Source of the DNA: an uncultured Pelagibacteraceae bacterium
Lineage (GTDB): Bacteria > Pseudomonadota > Alphaproteobacteria > Pelagibacterales > Pelagibacteraceae
Length of the DNA: 64,000 bases
Reading direction: 5' to 3'
NCBI GenBank assembly: GCA_902628495.1
Contig: CACONH010000004.1
Span: 2,305 to 66,304, forward strand
The translations under genes were made by a program, and so were the position numbers. Under the pieces are notes generated by a model. That model had not been told where the DNA came from, did no database searches, and worked only from the letters and a program-made list of their open reading frames with translations. Shown here one piece after another: positions 28,211-39,194 of the stretch. Numbering within the stretch: position 1 is the stretch's first letter; each line of letters starts with the position of its first letter.

Positions 28211-29222
28211 AAAAATTTTAAGTCATCTTAATAACAAAGAATTTAAAAAGATTTATAAAAAATTTGAGGAATTTTTAAATTTTAGAAAAATTAATACTTT
28301 TGTTGTTTCTTTATCAGGTGGTTCAGATAGTCTAGCACTAGCATACTTTTCAAAATGTTTTCAAATTTTAAATAATAAAAAAGTTTATTATGTTCATATT
28401 GATCACAAAATAAGAAAAAACTCATCTAAAGAAGCTAGAGATTTAAAATTTTTGATGAATAAATCCAACATTAAATGCGAAATATTATCTTGGAAAAAAA
28501 TTACAGAAACTAGAATTACTCAGGAAAATGCTAGAATAGCTAGATATAGTTTGCTAGAAAGATTCTGCAAAAAAAAGAGAATTAATGCATTGCTATTAGG
28601 TCATCATCGGGATGATTTATACGAAAATTTTTTCATTAGAATGTTGAGAGGCTCTGGAATTAGAGGATTAACATCATTTTCATCACAAGATACTTTTATA
28701 AATAAAAGTTTAAAAGGCTACAGGCCTTTCCTAAATTTAACAAAAAAAACATTACTAAAAGTTACAAACAAAGTTTTTGATTATTATATTGATGATCCTT
28801 CTAATTCTAGTGATCAGTTTTTAAGAATCAGAGTAAGAAATTTATTGAGGAGTCTACAAAATGAGGGTTTTAATAAAAAAAAATTTGATTTAACTTATTG
28901 CAATTTACACTCTGCTAACGAAACATTGAAATATTATTCAGATCAAAATATTTCTAAAAACACTAATTATTTTAGTAAAAATCTTAAAGATACAGTAGTC
29001 ATAAATCAAAAATTTTTTAACCAACCCGATGAAATTGTCCTTAGATCACTTTCAAATCTAATTTCAAAAACAAACAGTAAGTACTATTATCCTAGAGGCA
29101 AATCCTTGATAAAAAAAATCTCCGAAATAAGAGATAATTCTTTTAAAAAAACTACTTTAGGCGGCTGTATTATAGAAAGAGTTAATAATACAACACTTAT
29201 TTACCCTGAAAACATAAAATAA
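28170..29222 (+). CDS. tilS: tRNA(Ile)-lysidine synthetase
   Basis: PP-loop VSLSGGSDSLAL and LLLGHHRDD. The start is uncertain because it overlaps cpoB by 41 nt. Confidence 0.85.
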   Translation: MKRKSLTVKNKVHKKILSHLNNKEFKKIYKKFEEFLNFRKINTFVVSLSGGSDSLALAYFSKCFQILNNKKVYYVHIDHKIRKNSSKEARDLKFLMNKSNIKCEILSWKKITETRITQENARIARYSLLERFCKKKRINALLLGHHRDDLYENFFIRMLRGSGIRGLTSFSSQDTFINKSLKGYRPFLNLTKKTLLKVTNKVFDYYIDDPSNSSDQFLRIRVRNLLRSLQNEGFNKKKFDLTYCNLHSANETLKYYSDQNISKNTNYFSKNLKDTVVINQKFFNQPDEIVLRSLSNLISKTNSKYYYPRGKSLIKKISEIRDNSFKKTTLGGCIIERVNNTTLIYPENIK

Positions 29223-29285
29223 ACTAAATTATGTTACAATTTAGCACTTGTTTAATATAGAATAATTCTTACTTTAAAGCTTAAT

Positions 29286-31181
29286 ATGAATTTTAAAAAT
29301 CTAGCAATGTGGGCAATTATAGTCGTTCTGACTATTGGACTATATAATATGTTTAAAAACCCACAAAATATCAAATCAACGAATAATGAAAAAATTATTT
29401 TTTCAGAATTTTTGAAGGAAGTTGATAACGGAAGAGTTGTAGAGGTTCAGATACAGGGGAATAACATAAAAGGTGTAATGGCAAATGGTAAAACTTTTAC
29501 TACTTACTCCGCAAACTATCCAAATTTAGTGGAAAAGTTATCAGATAGTGGAGTAAGTATTTCAGCGGTTCCTAAAGATGAAAAAATGCCATCACTGCTT
29601 GGAGTTCTTTTATCATGGTTTCCAATGCTGCTTTTAATTGCAGTTTGGATTTTCTTCATGAGACAAATGCAAGGCGGCAAAGGCGGAGCTATGGGTTTTG
29701 GAAGATCTAAAGCAAAGATGATGAACGAAGTTAAAGGAAAAGTTACTTTTAATGATGTAGCAGGTGTTGAAGAAGCAAAAGAAGAAGTTGAGGAAGTTGT
29801 TGAGTTTTTAAGAGACCCAAAAAAATTTAGTAGATTAGGTGGCAAGATACCCCGAGGCTGTCTTTTAGTTGGCCCCCCAGGAACTGGTAAAACATTATTA
29901 GCGAGAGCTATAGCTGGAGAAGCTGGAGTTCCATTCTTTACGATATCTGGATCGGATTTTGTTGAAATGTTCGTTGGAGTAGGAGCGTCAAGAGTAAGAG
30001 ATATGTTTGAACAGGGTAAAAAACATTCTCCATGTATTATTTTTATTGATGAGATCGATGCTGTAGGCAGAAGCAGAGGAGCTGGTTTAGGCGGAGGTAA
30101 TGATGAAAGAGAGCAAACCCTTAACCAATTGCTTGTAGAGATGGACGGATTTGATACAAATGAAGGAGTTATAATTATTGCAGCAACTAATAGACCAGAC
30201 GTGCTGGATCCAGCTTTATTAAGACCAGGAAGATTTGATAGACAAGTTGTTGTTTCTAATCCAGATATAATTGGAAGAGAAAAAATTCTAAAAGTACATG
30301 CAAAAAAAATATCCATGTCTCCAGATGTAAATTTAAGAACTGTTGCAAGAGGAACCCCAGGTTTTTCTGGTGCAGATTTAGCAAATCTTGTAAATGAAGC
30401 AGCTCTTTTAGCAGCACGTAAAAATAAAAGAATTGTAACATCGCAAGAGTTCGAAGAGGCAAAAGACAAGGTTATGATGGGTGCAGAGAGAAGATCAATG
30501 GTGATGACAGAAGAAGAGAAAAAATTAACTGCTTATCATGAAGCAGGCCATGCTATCGTTACTCTTAATGAAAAAGCAGCTTATCCTATTCACAAAGCAA
30601 CAATCATTCCGCGAGGAAGAGCACTTGGAATGGTAATGCAATTACCAGAAAGAGACGAGGTATCTCAAACAAGAGAACAACTACACGCTCAAATGGCAAT
30701 TGCTATGGGAGGAAGAGTAGCTGAAGAAATTATTTTTGGAGACGATAAGGTTACAACTGGCGCTTCCAGCGATATTGAACAAGCTACAAAAAGAGCTAGA
30801 GCAATGGTGATGAGAGCTGGATTAAGTAAAGAATTAGGACCTATTCTTTACGGTGAAAATGAGGAAGAAGTTTTTCTTGGTAGATCAGTTGCCAGACAAC
30901 AAAACATGTCTGAAGAAACAGCGAGAAAAGTAGATGCTGAAATCAAAAGATTTGTAGATATGGGATATGACAGAGCTAAAAAAATTCTTAAAGAAAAAAT
31001 TGAGGATTTGCATAAGTTGGCAAAAGCACTTCTAGTGTATGAAACTTTAACAGGCTCTGAAATAGAGGATTTAATTAATAAAAATGTCTACCCGCCTAAT
31101 AAAGAAGACTTAAAAGTTGAGGAAGACAATTCGGATTCAGCATTAGGATCTATTGGTTTAAAACCTAAAATAGTTCACTAA
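29286..31181 (+). CDS. ftsH: ATP-dependent zinc metalloprotease FtsH
   Basis: Two N-terminal TM helices, Walker [12 protein letters not shown] and HEAGHA zinc motif. Confidence 0.97.
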   Translation: MNFKNLAMWAIIVVLTIGLYNMFKNPQNIKSTNNEKIIFSEFLKEVDNGRVVEVQIQGNNIKGVMANGKTFTTYSANYPNLVEKLSDSGVSISAVPKDEKMPSLLGVLLSWFPMLLLIAVWIFFMRQMQGGKGGAMGFGRSKAKMMNEVKGKVTFNDVAGVEEAKEEVEEVVEFLRDPKKFSRLGGKIPRGCLLVGPPGTGKTLLARAIAGEAGVPFFTISGSDFVEMFVGVGASRVRDMFEQGKKHSPCIIFIDEIDAVGRSRGAGLGGGNDEREQTLNQLLVEMDGFDTNEGVIIIAATNRPDVLDPALLRPGRFDRQVVVSNPDIIGREKILKVHAKKISMSPDVNLRTVARGTPGFSGADLANLVNEAALLAARKNKRIVTSQEFEEAKDKVMMGAERRSMVMTEEEKKLTAYHEAGHAIVTLNEKAAYPIHKATIIPRGRALGMVMQLPERDEVSQTREQLHAQMAIAMGGRVAEEIIFGDDKVTTGASSDIEQATKRARAMVMRAGLSKELGPILYGENEEEVFLGRSVARQQNMSEETARKVDAEIKRFVDMGYDRAKKILKEKIEDLHKLAKALLVYETLTGSEIEDLINKNVYPPNKEDLKVEEDNSDSALGSIGLKPKIVH

Positions 31182-31186
31182 AATCA

Positions 31187-32233
31187 ATGTCAAAATATTA
31201 CACTAGAGCGTGTAATTTTTATTACGGTAAATCATCATTAGAAATGCTTAAGAAAAAAAAGGCACTTCCACTGCATGGTAATAACGAGTTATCTTTTGAT
31301 ACGATTGAAATTTTATCCAAAAAAAAAAAAAGAAAAATAAAAATTAATATTATCAATTCGTTAAGTTTTGGTCTAAAAAAAAAAATAAAAGAAGACTTAA
31401 AGAAAATCACAAAAAAAAAATCATTTTGTAAGATTAACTTAAAAGAACCATTATTGATTGGAATATTAAATCTCACACCTGATAGTTTTTCAGATGGAGG
31501 ACAATATAATCAAATTGGTTTAGCATTAAAAAGATTGAAATCACTATTAAAAGCTGGTTGTAAAATTGTTGATGTAGGAGGAGAGTCAACCCGACCGGGA
31601 TCAAAAGATATAGATAAAAATATTGAATGGAAAAGAATAAAGAATTTACTCAAAAAAATTAGAAATTATAAATTTTTTTTATCTTTAGATACTAGAAAAA
31701 CTTTTGTTATGCATAAAGCTTTAAGATATAAACTTAATATTGTTAATGATGTTTCTGGCTTTTCATACGATACTAAAACTATTGATTTCCTTAAAAAAAC
31801 AAAACTTCCTTTGATCATTAATCATTCAAAAGGAGAACCAAGGACGATGCAAAGAAAACCTTATTACAAGAATGTTCTTTTGGAAATATATGATTTTTTT
31901 GAAAAAAAAATTGAACTTTTGAGAAAAGCTGGAATAAAGCATAACAATATTATTTTAGATCCAGGAATAGGTTTTGGAAAAAACTTGAAACATAATATTA
32001 CCATAATGAACAATATTTCTATCTTCCACTCTTTAGGTTTTCCTGTAATGTTAGGTTCTTCTAGAAAAAGATTTATAAAATATATTTCTGGTAAGAATGA
32101 TAGCAATATTAGACTTGGAGGCACATTAGCATCATCTATTCATGCTATGATGAATGGGGTTCAAATAATGAGAGTTCATGACTTTAATGAAATTTCTCAA
32201 GGATTAAAGGTCTTTAAATCTATTAACAAATAA
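31187..32233 (+). CDS. folP: Dihydropteroate synthase with a Lys-rich N-terminal extension
   Basis: The core starts at GILNLTPDSFSDGG (residue ~92), followed by DVGGESTRPG and DPGIGFGK. The preceding ~75-90 residues have no counterpart in E. coli FolP as I recall it. Confidence 0.88.
   Translation: MSKYYTRACNFYYGKSSLEMLKKKKALPLHGNNELSFDTIEILSKKKKRKIKINIINSLSFGLKKKIKEDLKKITKKKSFCKINLKEPLLIGILNLTPDSFSDGGQYNQIGLALKRLKSLLKAGCKIVDVGGESTRPGSKDIDKNIEWKRIKNLLKKIRNYKFFLSLDTRKTFVMHKALRYKLNIVNDVSGFSYDTKTIDFLKKTKLPLIINHSKGEPRTMQRKPYYKNVLLEIYDFFEKKIELLRKAGIKHNNIILDPGIGFGKNLKHNITIMNNISIFHSLGFPVMLGSSRKRFIKYISGKNDSNIRLGGTLASSIHAMMNGVQIMRVHDFNEISQGLKVFKSINK
31319..31331 (+). repeat. A13 homopolymer inside the folP N-terminal extension (further A11 at 31375..31385 and A10 at 31411..31420)
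   Basis: Counted directly: tcc aaa aaa aaa aaa aga. Confidence 0.95.
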
Positions 32234-32234
32234 A

Positions 32235-33566
32235 ATGTCAAAAAAATATTTTGGAACTGACGGAATTCGAGGAAAAGTTAATCAAGGAAATATCAATGGC
32301 GAAATGTTTTTTAAATTTGGTTTAGCAGCTGGAACCTATTTTAAAAATCTAAGAAAATCTAAACAAGTGGCAATTATTGCAAAAGATACAAGATTATCAG
32401 GTTATACATTAGAGCCCGCACTTGTCTCAGGCCTTGCATCAGCTGGAATGCACGTATTTTTATTAGGACCTTTACCAACAAACGGACTAGCAATGTTAAC
32501 AAAAAAAATGAGAGCAAATATGGGAATTATGATAACTGCATCTCACAATCCCTATTACGACAATGGTTTAAAACTTTTTGGTCCAGATGGATTAAAATTA
32601 TCAGATAAAATTGAAATGAGAATTGAAAAACTTATAGACTCTAAAATAATAAAAAATTTATCTAACCCTAAAAAATTGGGTAGAGTTAAAAGGTTAGAAA
32701 ATGCGAATGATAACTATATTAAAATTTTAAAAAAAAATTTCCCTAGTAATTTTAATCTAAAAAAAATGAGAATTGCAATAGATTGTGCAAATGGTGCTGG
32801 ATATAAATCAGCCCCAAATCTTTTAAAATCACTGGGTGCAAAAATTTATGAGACTGGAACTTCACCTAACGGATTTAATATAAACTCAAATTGTGGATCG
32901 ACTTTTCCACAAAAAATACAATCTTTCGTGAGAAAAAATAAAGCACACATTGGTATAGCTTTAGATGGTGATGCAGACAGGGTTATATTAGCAGATGAAA
33001 GGGGCAAAATAATAGATGGAGACCAAATTATTGGAATGTTAGCTACAAGATGGAAGAGAAAAAAAATATTAAAAGGTGGTGTAGTCGGAACCTTAATGTC
33101 AAATTATGGACTACAAAAATATTTCAAAAATAAAAAAATAAAATTCTTAAGGGCAAAAGTCGGTGACAGATATGTAAAAGAGAAAATGCAGAAAAATAAA
33201 TTTAATTTGGGAGGTGAGCAATCAGGACATATTATTTTAGGAAAATTTGCAACCACAGGAGATGGCTTGTTGGTTGCTTTGGAAGTATTATTCGCGATGA
33301 GAAAAGGCAAAAAGGCTAGTGAAATTTTTAACGTATTCAAACCAACTAATCAACTATTGGAAAATGTTACTGTTAAGGATAAATCAATCATAGATACTCT
33401 TAAGTGTAAAAATGCTATCAAAAAAGCCTCTAAAATAATTAAAAAGCAAGGAAGAATTTTGGTAAGAAAATCTGGTACAGAACCTAAGATTAGAATAATG
33501 GTTGAAACAGATAATAAAAAATTATTATCAAATTGTGTAAATATTGTTAAAAGATCTTTGAATTAA
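32235..33566 (+). CDS. glmM: Phosphoglucosamine mutase
   Basis: YFGTDGIRG, ITASHNPYYDNG, DGDADR and GGEQSGH. Confidence 0.95.
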   Translation: MSKKYFGTDGIRGKVNQGNINGEMFFKFGLAAGTYFKNLRKSKQVAIIAKDTRLSGYTLEPALVSGLASAGMHVFLLGPLPTNGLAMLTKKMRANMGIMITASHNPYYDNGLKLFGPDGLKLSDKIEMRIEKLIDSKIIKNLSNPKKLGRVKRLENANDNYIKILKKNFPSNFNLKKMRIAIDCANGAGYKSAPNLLKSLGAKIYETGTSPNGFNINSNCGSTFPQKIQSFVRKNKAHIGIALDGDADRVILADERGKIIDGDQIIGMLATRWKRKKILKGGVVGTLMSNYGLQKYFKNKKIKFLRAKVGDRYVKEKMQKNKFNLGGEQSGHIILGKFATTGDGLLVALEVLFAMRKGKKASEIFNVFKPTNQLLENVTVKDKSIIDTLKCKNAIKKASKIIKKQGRILVRKSGTEPKIRIMVETDNKKLLSNCVNIVKRSLN

Positions 33567-33567
33567 T

Positions 33568-34377
33568 TTGAAAATAAAATCTAAAGTGCTAGTAATTGCA
33601 GGATCAGACTCGTCTGGTGGAGCAGGTATTCAAGCAGATATTAAAACTATTACAGCGCTCGGTTCTTATGCAATGACAGCAATTACAGCTGTCACGTCTC
33701 AAAATACCGTTGGAATAAATTCTATAATTCCAATCCCAATAAATGTTATTTCAAAGCAAATTGAATTTACCTCAAGAGATATAAAGCCAGATGCGATTAA
33801 AATAGGGATGTTGCATTCTGAAAGTGTGATTAAAACAGTTCTAAAATCATTAAATAAATTAAATATTAAAAAAATTATACTTGATCCTGTGATGGTAGCA
33901 AAAGGAGGTCAAAGATTAGTTAATAAAAAATCAATCAAATTATTGAAAAATAATTTATTAAAAAAAGTTACATTAGTTACTCCCAATGTTCCTGAGGCAG
34001 AAGTTCTCTCAGGTATTTCTATAAAAACAATTGAAGACATGGTCTATGCCGCAAAAAAAATAAATATTTTAGGTGTGAAAAATGTTTTAATAAAAGGTGG
34101 TCATCTCAGCACAAAGAAAATTCACGACGTGCTTTTAAGCAATGATAAAGTAGAGATATTCAATAGCAAAAAAATAATAACAAAAAATACTCACGGAACT
34201 GGTTGCACTCTTTCAAGTGCAATTGCTACATTTTATTCGTGTGGAAAAACTCTAAAGAAATCTTGTGAGCTAGGAATAAATTATGTTAACCGTGCTATAA
34301 TGTTAGGACCAAATTATGGTAAAGGCCATGGACCAATTAATCACATAAATAATATAGAAATAAAAAAAATTAAATGA
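33568..34377 (+). CDS. thiD: Hydroxymethylpyrimidine / phosphomethylpyrimidine kinase
   Basis: TTG start. [33 protein letters not shown] and [13 protein letters not shown]. Confidence 0.9.
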   Translation: MKIKSKVLVIAGSDSSGGAGIQADIKTITALGSYAMTAITAVTSQNTVGINSIIPIPINVISKQIEFTSRDIKPDAIKIGMLHSESVIKTVLKSLNKLNIKKIILDPVMVAKGGQRLVNKKSIKLLKNNLLKKVTLVTPNVPEAEVLSGISIKTIEDMVYAAKKINILGVKNVLIKGGHLSTKKIHDVLLSNDKVEIFNSKKIITKNTHGTGCTLSSAIATFYSCGKTLKKSCELGINYVNRAIMLGPNYGKGHGPINHINNIEIKKIK

Positions 34378-35666
34378 AAAATGTTGCAGTAGTTGGATCT
34401 CAATGGGGTGATGAAGGAAAAGGAAAAATCGTAGATTGGTTGTCTAGTGAGGCTGACATCGTAGTTAGATTTCAAGGAGGCCATAACGCTGGGCATACAC
34501 TAGTGATAGATGGTATTACATACAAGTTAAGACTTCTCCCATCAGGTATAGTAAGAAAAGACAAAATTTCAATAATTGGAAATGGCGTAGTGATTGATCC
34601 TTGGGCTTTGTTAGATGAAATTGATGAGATTAAATCTAAGGGTGTTAAAGTTAGTCCAGAAAATTTAATAATATCTGAGTCTGCAAATTTAATATTGCCG
34701 TTTCACAAAGAAATGGATGAAATTAGAGAAGACGCTGCAGGAAATGCTAAAATTGGAACTACTAGAAGAGGCATTGGACCAGCATATGAAGACAAAGTTG
34801 GCAGAAGATCTATAAGAGTAATGGATTTATTATCTGAGGAAAATTTAGACCATAGGCTTGAAACTGTATTGCTACATCATAATGCTATAAGAAAAGGACT
34901 TGGAAAAAAGGTCTACAAAAAAGACAAGTTAAAAAAGGATTTACTAAAAATTGCTCCAGAAATTTTAAAATATTCAAAACCAGTATGGAAAAAAATAGAT
35001 GAATTTAAATCTCAAAACAAAAAAATTTTGTTTGAAGGTGCACAAGGCGTTCTTTTGGATGTTGATCATGGTACCTATCCATTTGTAACTTCTTCCAACA
35101 CTGTAGCATCTTCTGCTGCTACTGGTTCAGGTTGTGGACCAAATTCCATAAATTATGTTTTAGGAATAACAAAAGCCTACACAACTCGAGTTGGTGAAGG
35201 ACCTTTTCCCACAGAGTTGAAAGATAAAATTGGTGAAGAACTTGGTACTAAAGGTAAAGAGTTTGGAACGGTAACTAGCAGAAAAAGACGTTGTGGTTGG
35301 TTTGATGGGGTTTTAGTTAGACAAACAATTAAAATTTCAGGTATTAATGGAATAGCTCTTACTAAACTCGATGTTTTAGATGATTTAGATCATGTAAAAA
35401 TGTGTGTTGCATATGAATTAGATGGAAATAAAATTGATTATTTACCAGCAGCAGTTGACGATCAATTAAAAGTAAAGCCGATTTATAAAACTTTTGAAGG
35501 CTGGAAAAATTCTACAAAAGGAATAAAAAATTTTAAAGACTTGCCTGAAAATGCAAAAAAATATATTCGTGAGTTAGAGCAATTTATAGAAACTAAAGTA
35601 TCAAGTATCTCAACTAGCCCCGAAAGAAATGATACTATTTTAATTGTAGATCCTTTTAAAAATTAA
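34374..35666 (+). CDS. purA: Adenylosuccinate synthetase
   Basis: [38 protein letters not shown] and [18 protein letters not shown]. Confidence 0.97.
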   Translation: MKNVAVVGSQWGDEGKGKIVDWLSSEADIVVRFQGGHNAGHTLVIDGITYKLRLLPSGIVRKDKISIIGNGVVIDPWALLDEIDEIKSKGVKVSPENLIISESANLILPFHKEMDEIREDAAGNAKIGTTRRGIGPAYEDKVGRRSIRVMDLLSEENLDHRLETVLLHHNAIRKGLGKKVYKKDKLKKDLLKIAPEILKYSKPVWKKIDEFKSQNKKILFEGAQGVLLDVDHGTYPFVTSSNTVASSAATGSGCGPNSINYVLGITKAYTTRVGEGPFPTELKDKIGEELGTKGKEFGTVTSRKRRCGWFDGVLVRQTIKISGINGIALTKLDVLDDLDHVKMCVAYELDGNKIDYLPAAVDDQLKVKPIYKTFEGWKNSTKGIKNFKDLPENAKKYIRELEQFIETKVSSISTSPERNDTILIVDPFKN

Positions 35667-36553
35667 TTAGCAGGCAATAAATTTTTAGAGTTAGCTGAGT
35701 TAAGCATATGTTTTTGAAGTTTTTCAAATGCTTTATTCTCAATTTGTCTTATTCTTTCTCTACTGATTTTAAATTTTTTGCTTAAGTCATCTAAAGTTTT
35801 TGGACTATCAGTCAAACGTCTTGAATACAAAATTTCTTTTTCTCTTTCGTTAAGAATTTTTATTGAGTCTTTTAACAGATCTTTTCTTTGCTCCATTTCT
35901 TCTTGATGTGCAATTTTTAGATCATGGTCCATTGTTTTATCGACTACCCAATCTTGCCATTCATCCCCATCTTCGCCAATTGGTGCATTTAATGATTGTT
36001 CCTTACCTGACAATCGTCTATTCATTGAAACAACTTCATCTTCACTTACATCTAAAGTCGATGCAATTTTTTTAACATCTTCATCTTTCAAATCTCCTTC
36101 GTTTTTAGGAGCAATTTGATTTTTTAATTTTTTTAAATTGAAAAATAATTTTTTTTGAGCTGTGGTAGTACCTATTTTAACTAAACTCCAAGATCTCAAA
36201 ATATATTCTTGTATAGCAGCCTTTATCCACCACATTGCATATGTTGCAAGTCTAAAACCTTTTTCAGGTTCAAATTTTTTAACAGCTTGCATTAGACCCA
36301 CGTTGCCTTCTGATATTATTTCATTTAAGGGTAAACCATATCCCTTATAGCCCATTGCAATTTTAGCAACTAATCGCAAGTGACTTGTAACTAATTTTTC
36401 TGCAGATTTGACATTACCCGTATTTTTCCAATTTTTTGCCAACATGTACTCTTCTTCTGCATCAAGCATAGGAAATTTTTTGATTTGCTCTAAATATAGA
36501 GATAAACCACCTTCGTTGGTTAAAGCTGGATATTTGAATGTTGAACTACTCAT
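35663..36553 (-). CDS. rpoH: RNA polymerase sigma-32 (heat shock) factor
   Basis: [31 protein letters not shown], and the RpoB-box-like [10 protein letters not shown] characteristic of sigma-32. Confidence 0.93.
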   Translation of the reverse strand: MSSSTFKYPALTNEGGLSLYLEQIKKFPMLDAEEEYMLAKNWKNTGNVKSAEKLVTSHLRLVAKIAMGYKGYGLPLNEIISEGNVGLMQAVKKFEPEKGFRLATYAMWWIKAAIQEYILRSWSLVKIGTTTAQKKLFFNLKKLKNQIAPKNEGDLKDEDVKKIASTLDVSEDEVVSMNRRLSGKEQSLNAPIGEDGDEWQDWVVDKTMDHDLKIAHQEEMEQRKDLLKDSIKILNEREKEILYSRRLTDSPKTLDDLSKKFKISRERIRQIENKAFEKLQKHMLNSANSKNLLPAN

Positions 36554-36602
36554 TTGTAAGACTTATTTAATTAATTTTTTTAAATTTACAATGTATAAAA
36601 TT

Positions 36603-37574
36603 TTAAGCATTTCTTAGGCTTTTTAGAATATTTTCAAGATCATTTGGTAATTTAGATTTAAAATTCATTCTTTTATTTTTAGTCGGATGAGTGAAACCTA
36701 GGCTGACGGCATGTAAAAATTGTCTGTCTAAATTCATGATTTTTCTTTCTAAGTCTTTATTTATATTTTTTATTTTTTTAAATTTTTTTTTATATTTTTG
36801 ATCACCAACTATGTTATTACCTTTATAACTCATATGAACTCTTATTTGATGGGTTCTTCCAGTTTCTAATTTACACTCAATTAAACTAAAAGTGGGAACT
36901 GTTTCTTTTTCGAATATTTCAAGCGTTTTATAATTCGTAATTGAATTTTTTCCTTTCGAAAAACTAACAGACATTAATTGTCTGTTTTTGGAGCTTCTTG
37001 TTATTAAAGTTTCTATTTTACCATTACTGGGTCTAAGTTTTCCCCAAACTAAAGTTTGATATTTTCTTTCTATTGAGTGTTCACTGAACTGATTTGACAA
37101 ATTTTCATGTGTAAAATTATTTTTTGCAATTACCACTAATCCCGAAGTATGTTTGTCAATTCTATGAACGATACCTGGTCTTAGCTCACCGTTAATATTT
37201 GACAATTTTTTTTTATAATTAATTAATGCATTAACAAGTGTTCTGTCTTTATTTCCTGCGCCCGGATGCATTGAAATGTCCGCTTTTTTATTTAACACAA
37301 GCAAATCATTGTCCTCATAAATTATCTCAATTCTATATTCAAATGGTTTAAGATTTACTTCCTCAGGCTCAGGAATTATTAGGCTAATTTTGTCGTTTAT
37401 TTTGATTTTTTTAGAGGGATCGTCATTAAGTTTATTGTTTATACTTAAATTTTTTTTAAGTATTAAATTCTTGATTTTAGATCTACTTAAATCTTTTTCA
37501 TATTTATTTATAAATTGATCTACCCTTAAAATTTTATCCTGTGTACCTACTAATAAATTAATGATTTTTTTCAT
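36603..37574 (-). CDS. rluD: RluA-family 23S rRNA pseudouridine synthase (RluD-like) with S4 domain
   Basis: GIVHRIDKHTSGL (catalytic Asp), TGRTHQIRVH and LHA..L.F.HP. Confidence 0.88.
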   Translation of the reverse strand: MKKIINLLVGTQDKILRVDQFINKYEKDLSRSKIKNLILKKNLSINNKLNDDPSKKIKINDKISLIIPEPEEVNLKPFEYRIEIIYEDNDLLVLNKKADISMHPGAGNKDRTLVNALINYKKKLSNINGELRPGIVHRIDKHTSGLVVIAKNNFTHENLSNQFSEHSIERKYQTLVWGKLRPSNGKIETLITRSSKNRQLMSVSFSKGKNSITNYKTLEIFEKETVPTFSLIECKLETGRTHQIRVHMSYKGNNIVGDQKYKKKFKKIKNINKDLERKIMNLDRQFLHAVSLGFTHPTKNKRMNFKSKLPNDLENILKSLRNA

Positions 37575-37597
37575 AAATTACTATATTAATACTCTAT

Positions 37598-37674
37598 GCG
37601 CTCGTAGCTCAACTGGATAGAGCGCCAGATTTCGGCTCTGGAGGTTCAGGGTTCGACTCCTTGCGAGCGCACCA
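37598..37674 (+). tRNA. tRNA-Arg (anticodon UCG), CCA encoded
   Basis: The cloverleaf folds by hand. Acceptor GCGCTCG/CGAGCGC, anticodon stem CCAGA/TCTGG with loop TT-TCG-GC, T-loop TTCGACT. Confidence 0.88.
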
Positions 37675-37678
37675 AAAA

Positions 37679-38470
37679 TTATTCACCTATATTAATTAAT
37701 GTCCCTTTATCACGTGCCTTATTAAAAGAATAGTAAAATAAGGAAATTCCTAAAAATAGATAAAAAATGTTTAAATATATTGCAGACATAATACTTGAAT
37801 AGTCCACAGTATTGTTTACTAAAATTGATCTTGCTTCCTCAAAAATATAAACCAAAGGTAATAACTTTGCAACAGTTTGAAAAAACTCGGGCAATATTTC
37901 AATTGGATAATAAATACATCCTAAAGGTGCTAATAAAAAAAGTGATGACCATGCAATGTTTTCAAACGCTGGCCCATATCTTAGTAAACCTGATGAAACA
38001 AATAAACCTAATGTAATCCCAAATGCATATAAACTAAAAAATAATAAAAAAAGAGGCGCACCAAGATCTAAAATTGATATACCAAATAATGGTGAGGTAA
38101 TTAATATTGCAGGTACCAAACCTATCAAAGTTCTTAAAAGAGCAGTCAAAACTAATGATATAATTATTTCACTTATACGAAGAGGGGCAATAAATAAATT
38201 TGTAAAATTTCTACTCCAAATCTCTTCTAAAAATAACATATTAAAACTTATGCTTGATCTAAATAAAAAATCGTAAAGAATTGCGCAACTTAGTATGACC
38301 CCAACAGTATTATTGTAGTAGTCACTATAAACCGTAAAAAACTTTGAAATAAACCCCCAAAGGATTATTTGAATTGTAGGCCAATAAATTAAGTCTAAAA
38401 TTCTTGGTAGAGAACCTTTTATTAAAAAAAAGTGTCTTAAGAAAAGTCCTAAAATTCTATTAAAACTCAT
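37679..38470 (-). CDS. ABC-2 type transporter permease
   Basis: 263 aa with ~6 TM segments. Overlaps the upstream ATPase gene by 11 nt. Confidence 0.8.
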   Translation of the reverse strand: MSFNRILGLFLRHFFLIKGSLPRILDLIYWPTIQIILWGFISKFFTVYSDYYNNTVGVILSCAILYDFLFRSSISFNMLFLEEIWSRNFTNLFIAPLRISEIIISLVLTALLRTLIGLVPAILITSPLFGISILDLGAPLFLLFFSLYAFGITLGLFVSSGLLRYGPAFENIAWSSLFLLAPLGCIYYPIEILPEFFQTVAKLLPLVYIFEEARSILVNNTVDYSSIMSAIYLNIFYLFLGISLFYYSFNKARDKGTLINIGE

Positions 38471-39194
38471 TTTTAGTTCTATTAAGTTTTAAAAAAACTT
38501 CTTCTAAGTTTTTTTTACCGTGTTTATTAATAATTTCTGACGGAGTGCCTCTATCTATAATTTTTCCGTCTTTCATCATTAAAATACTTTTGCAAAGCCT
38601 TTTTACTTCATTCATATTATGGGAAGCAAGCAAGATTGACATTTTTTTTTCTGATGAAATTTTTTCTATGAAAGTTCTAACAAAATCTCCTGTTTCTGGA
38701 TCTAATGAAGCTGTCGGCTCATCTAATAATAAAATGTCTGGATCATTAACTACTGCTTTTGCAAGACTGACTCTATTTTTTTGGCCTGAAGAAAGTTCAC
38801 CAGTTTTTTTATTTATGAATTCACTCAACCTTAATGTTTCAGTAAGATAATCAATACGATTATTTATATTATTGACAGAATATAATTTGCCATAAACCAT
38901 TAGATTTTCTTTGACAGTAAGTTTTTTTGGTAACTCAATATAAGGAGAAATAAAATTCATTTTTTTTAAAAGATTTATTCTATTCTTTTCAACATTAAGA
39001 CCATTTATTATAACCTCACCGCTTGATGGTTTTAATAAGCCTAACATCATTCCAATTGTTGTAGTTTTGCCACATCCATTTGGACCTAGTAAACCAAGAA
39101 TTTCGCTTTCGTTTATACTAAAACTAATTTCTTTTACAGCTTCAAAACTTGAAAAGTTTTTAGAGAGATTATTTACATTTACCAAAGTATTCAT
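38460..39194 (-). CDS. ABC transporter ATP-binding protein (exporter type)
   Basis: Walker A GPNGCGKTT, signature LSSGQKNR and Walker B LLLDEPT. Confidence 0.9.
   Translation of the reverse strand: MNTLVNVNNLSKNFSSFEAVKEISFSINESEILGLLGPNGCGKTTTIGMMLGLLKPSSGEVIINGLNVEKNRINLLKKMNFISPYIELPKKLTVKENLMVYGKLYSVNNINNRIDYLTETLRLSEFINKKTGELSSGQKNRVSLAKAVVNDPDILLLDEPTASLDPETGDFVRTFIEKISSEKKMSILLASHNMNEVKRLCKSILMMKDGKIIDRGTPSEIINKHGKKNLEEVFLKLNRTKNEF

Noticed and set aside
29516-30469. A 317-aa ORF on the minus strand (plus 30256..30462), the longest unexplained ORF in the track.
   Set aside because: It lies entirely antisense to the best-conserved AAA+ part of ftsH. Its translation is low-complexity (S/P/T/L/I rich) with no motifs. 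It is a typical shadow ORF caused by codon bias of the sense gene.
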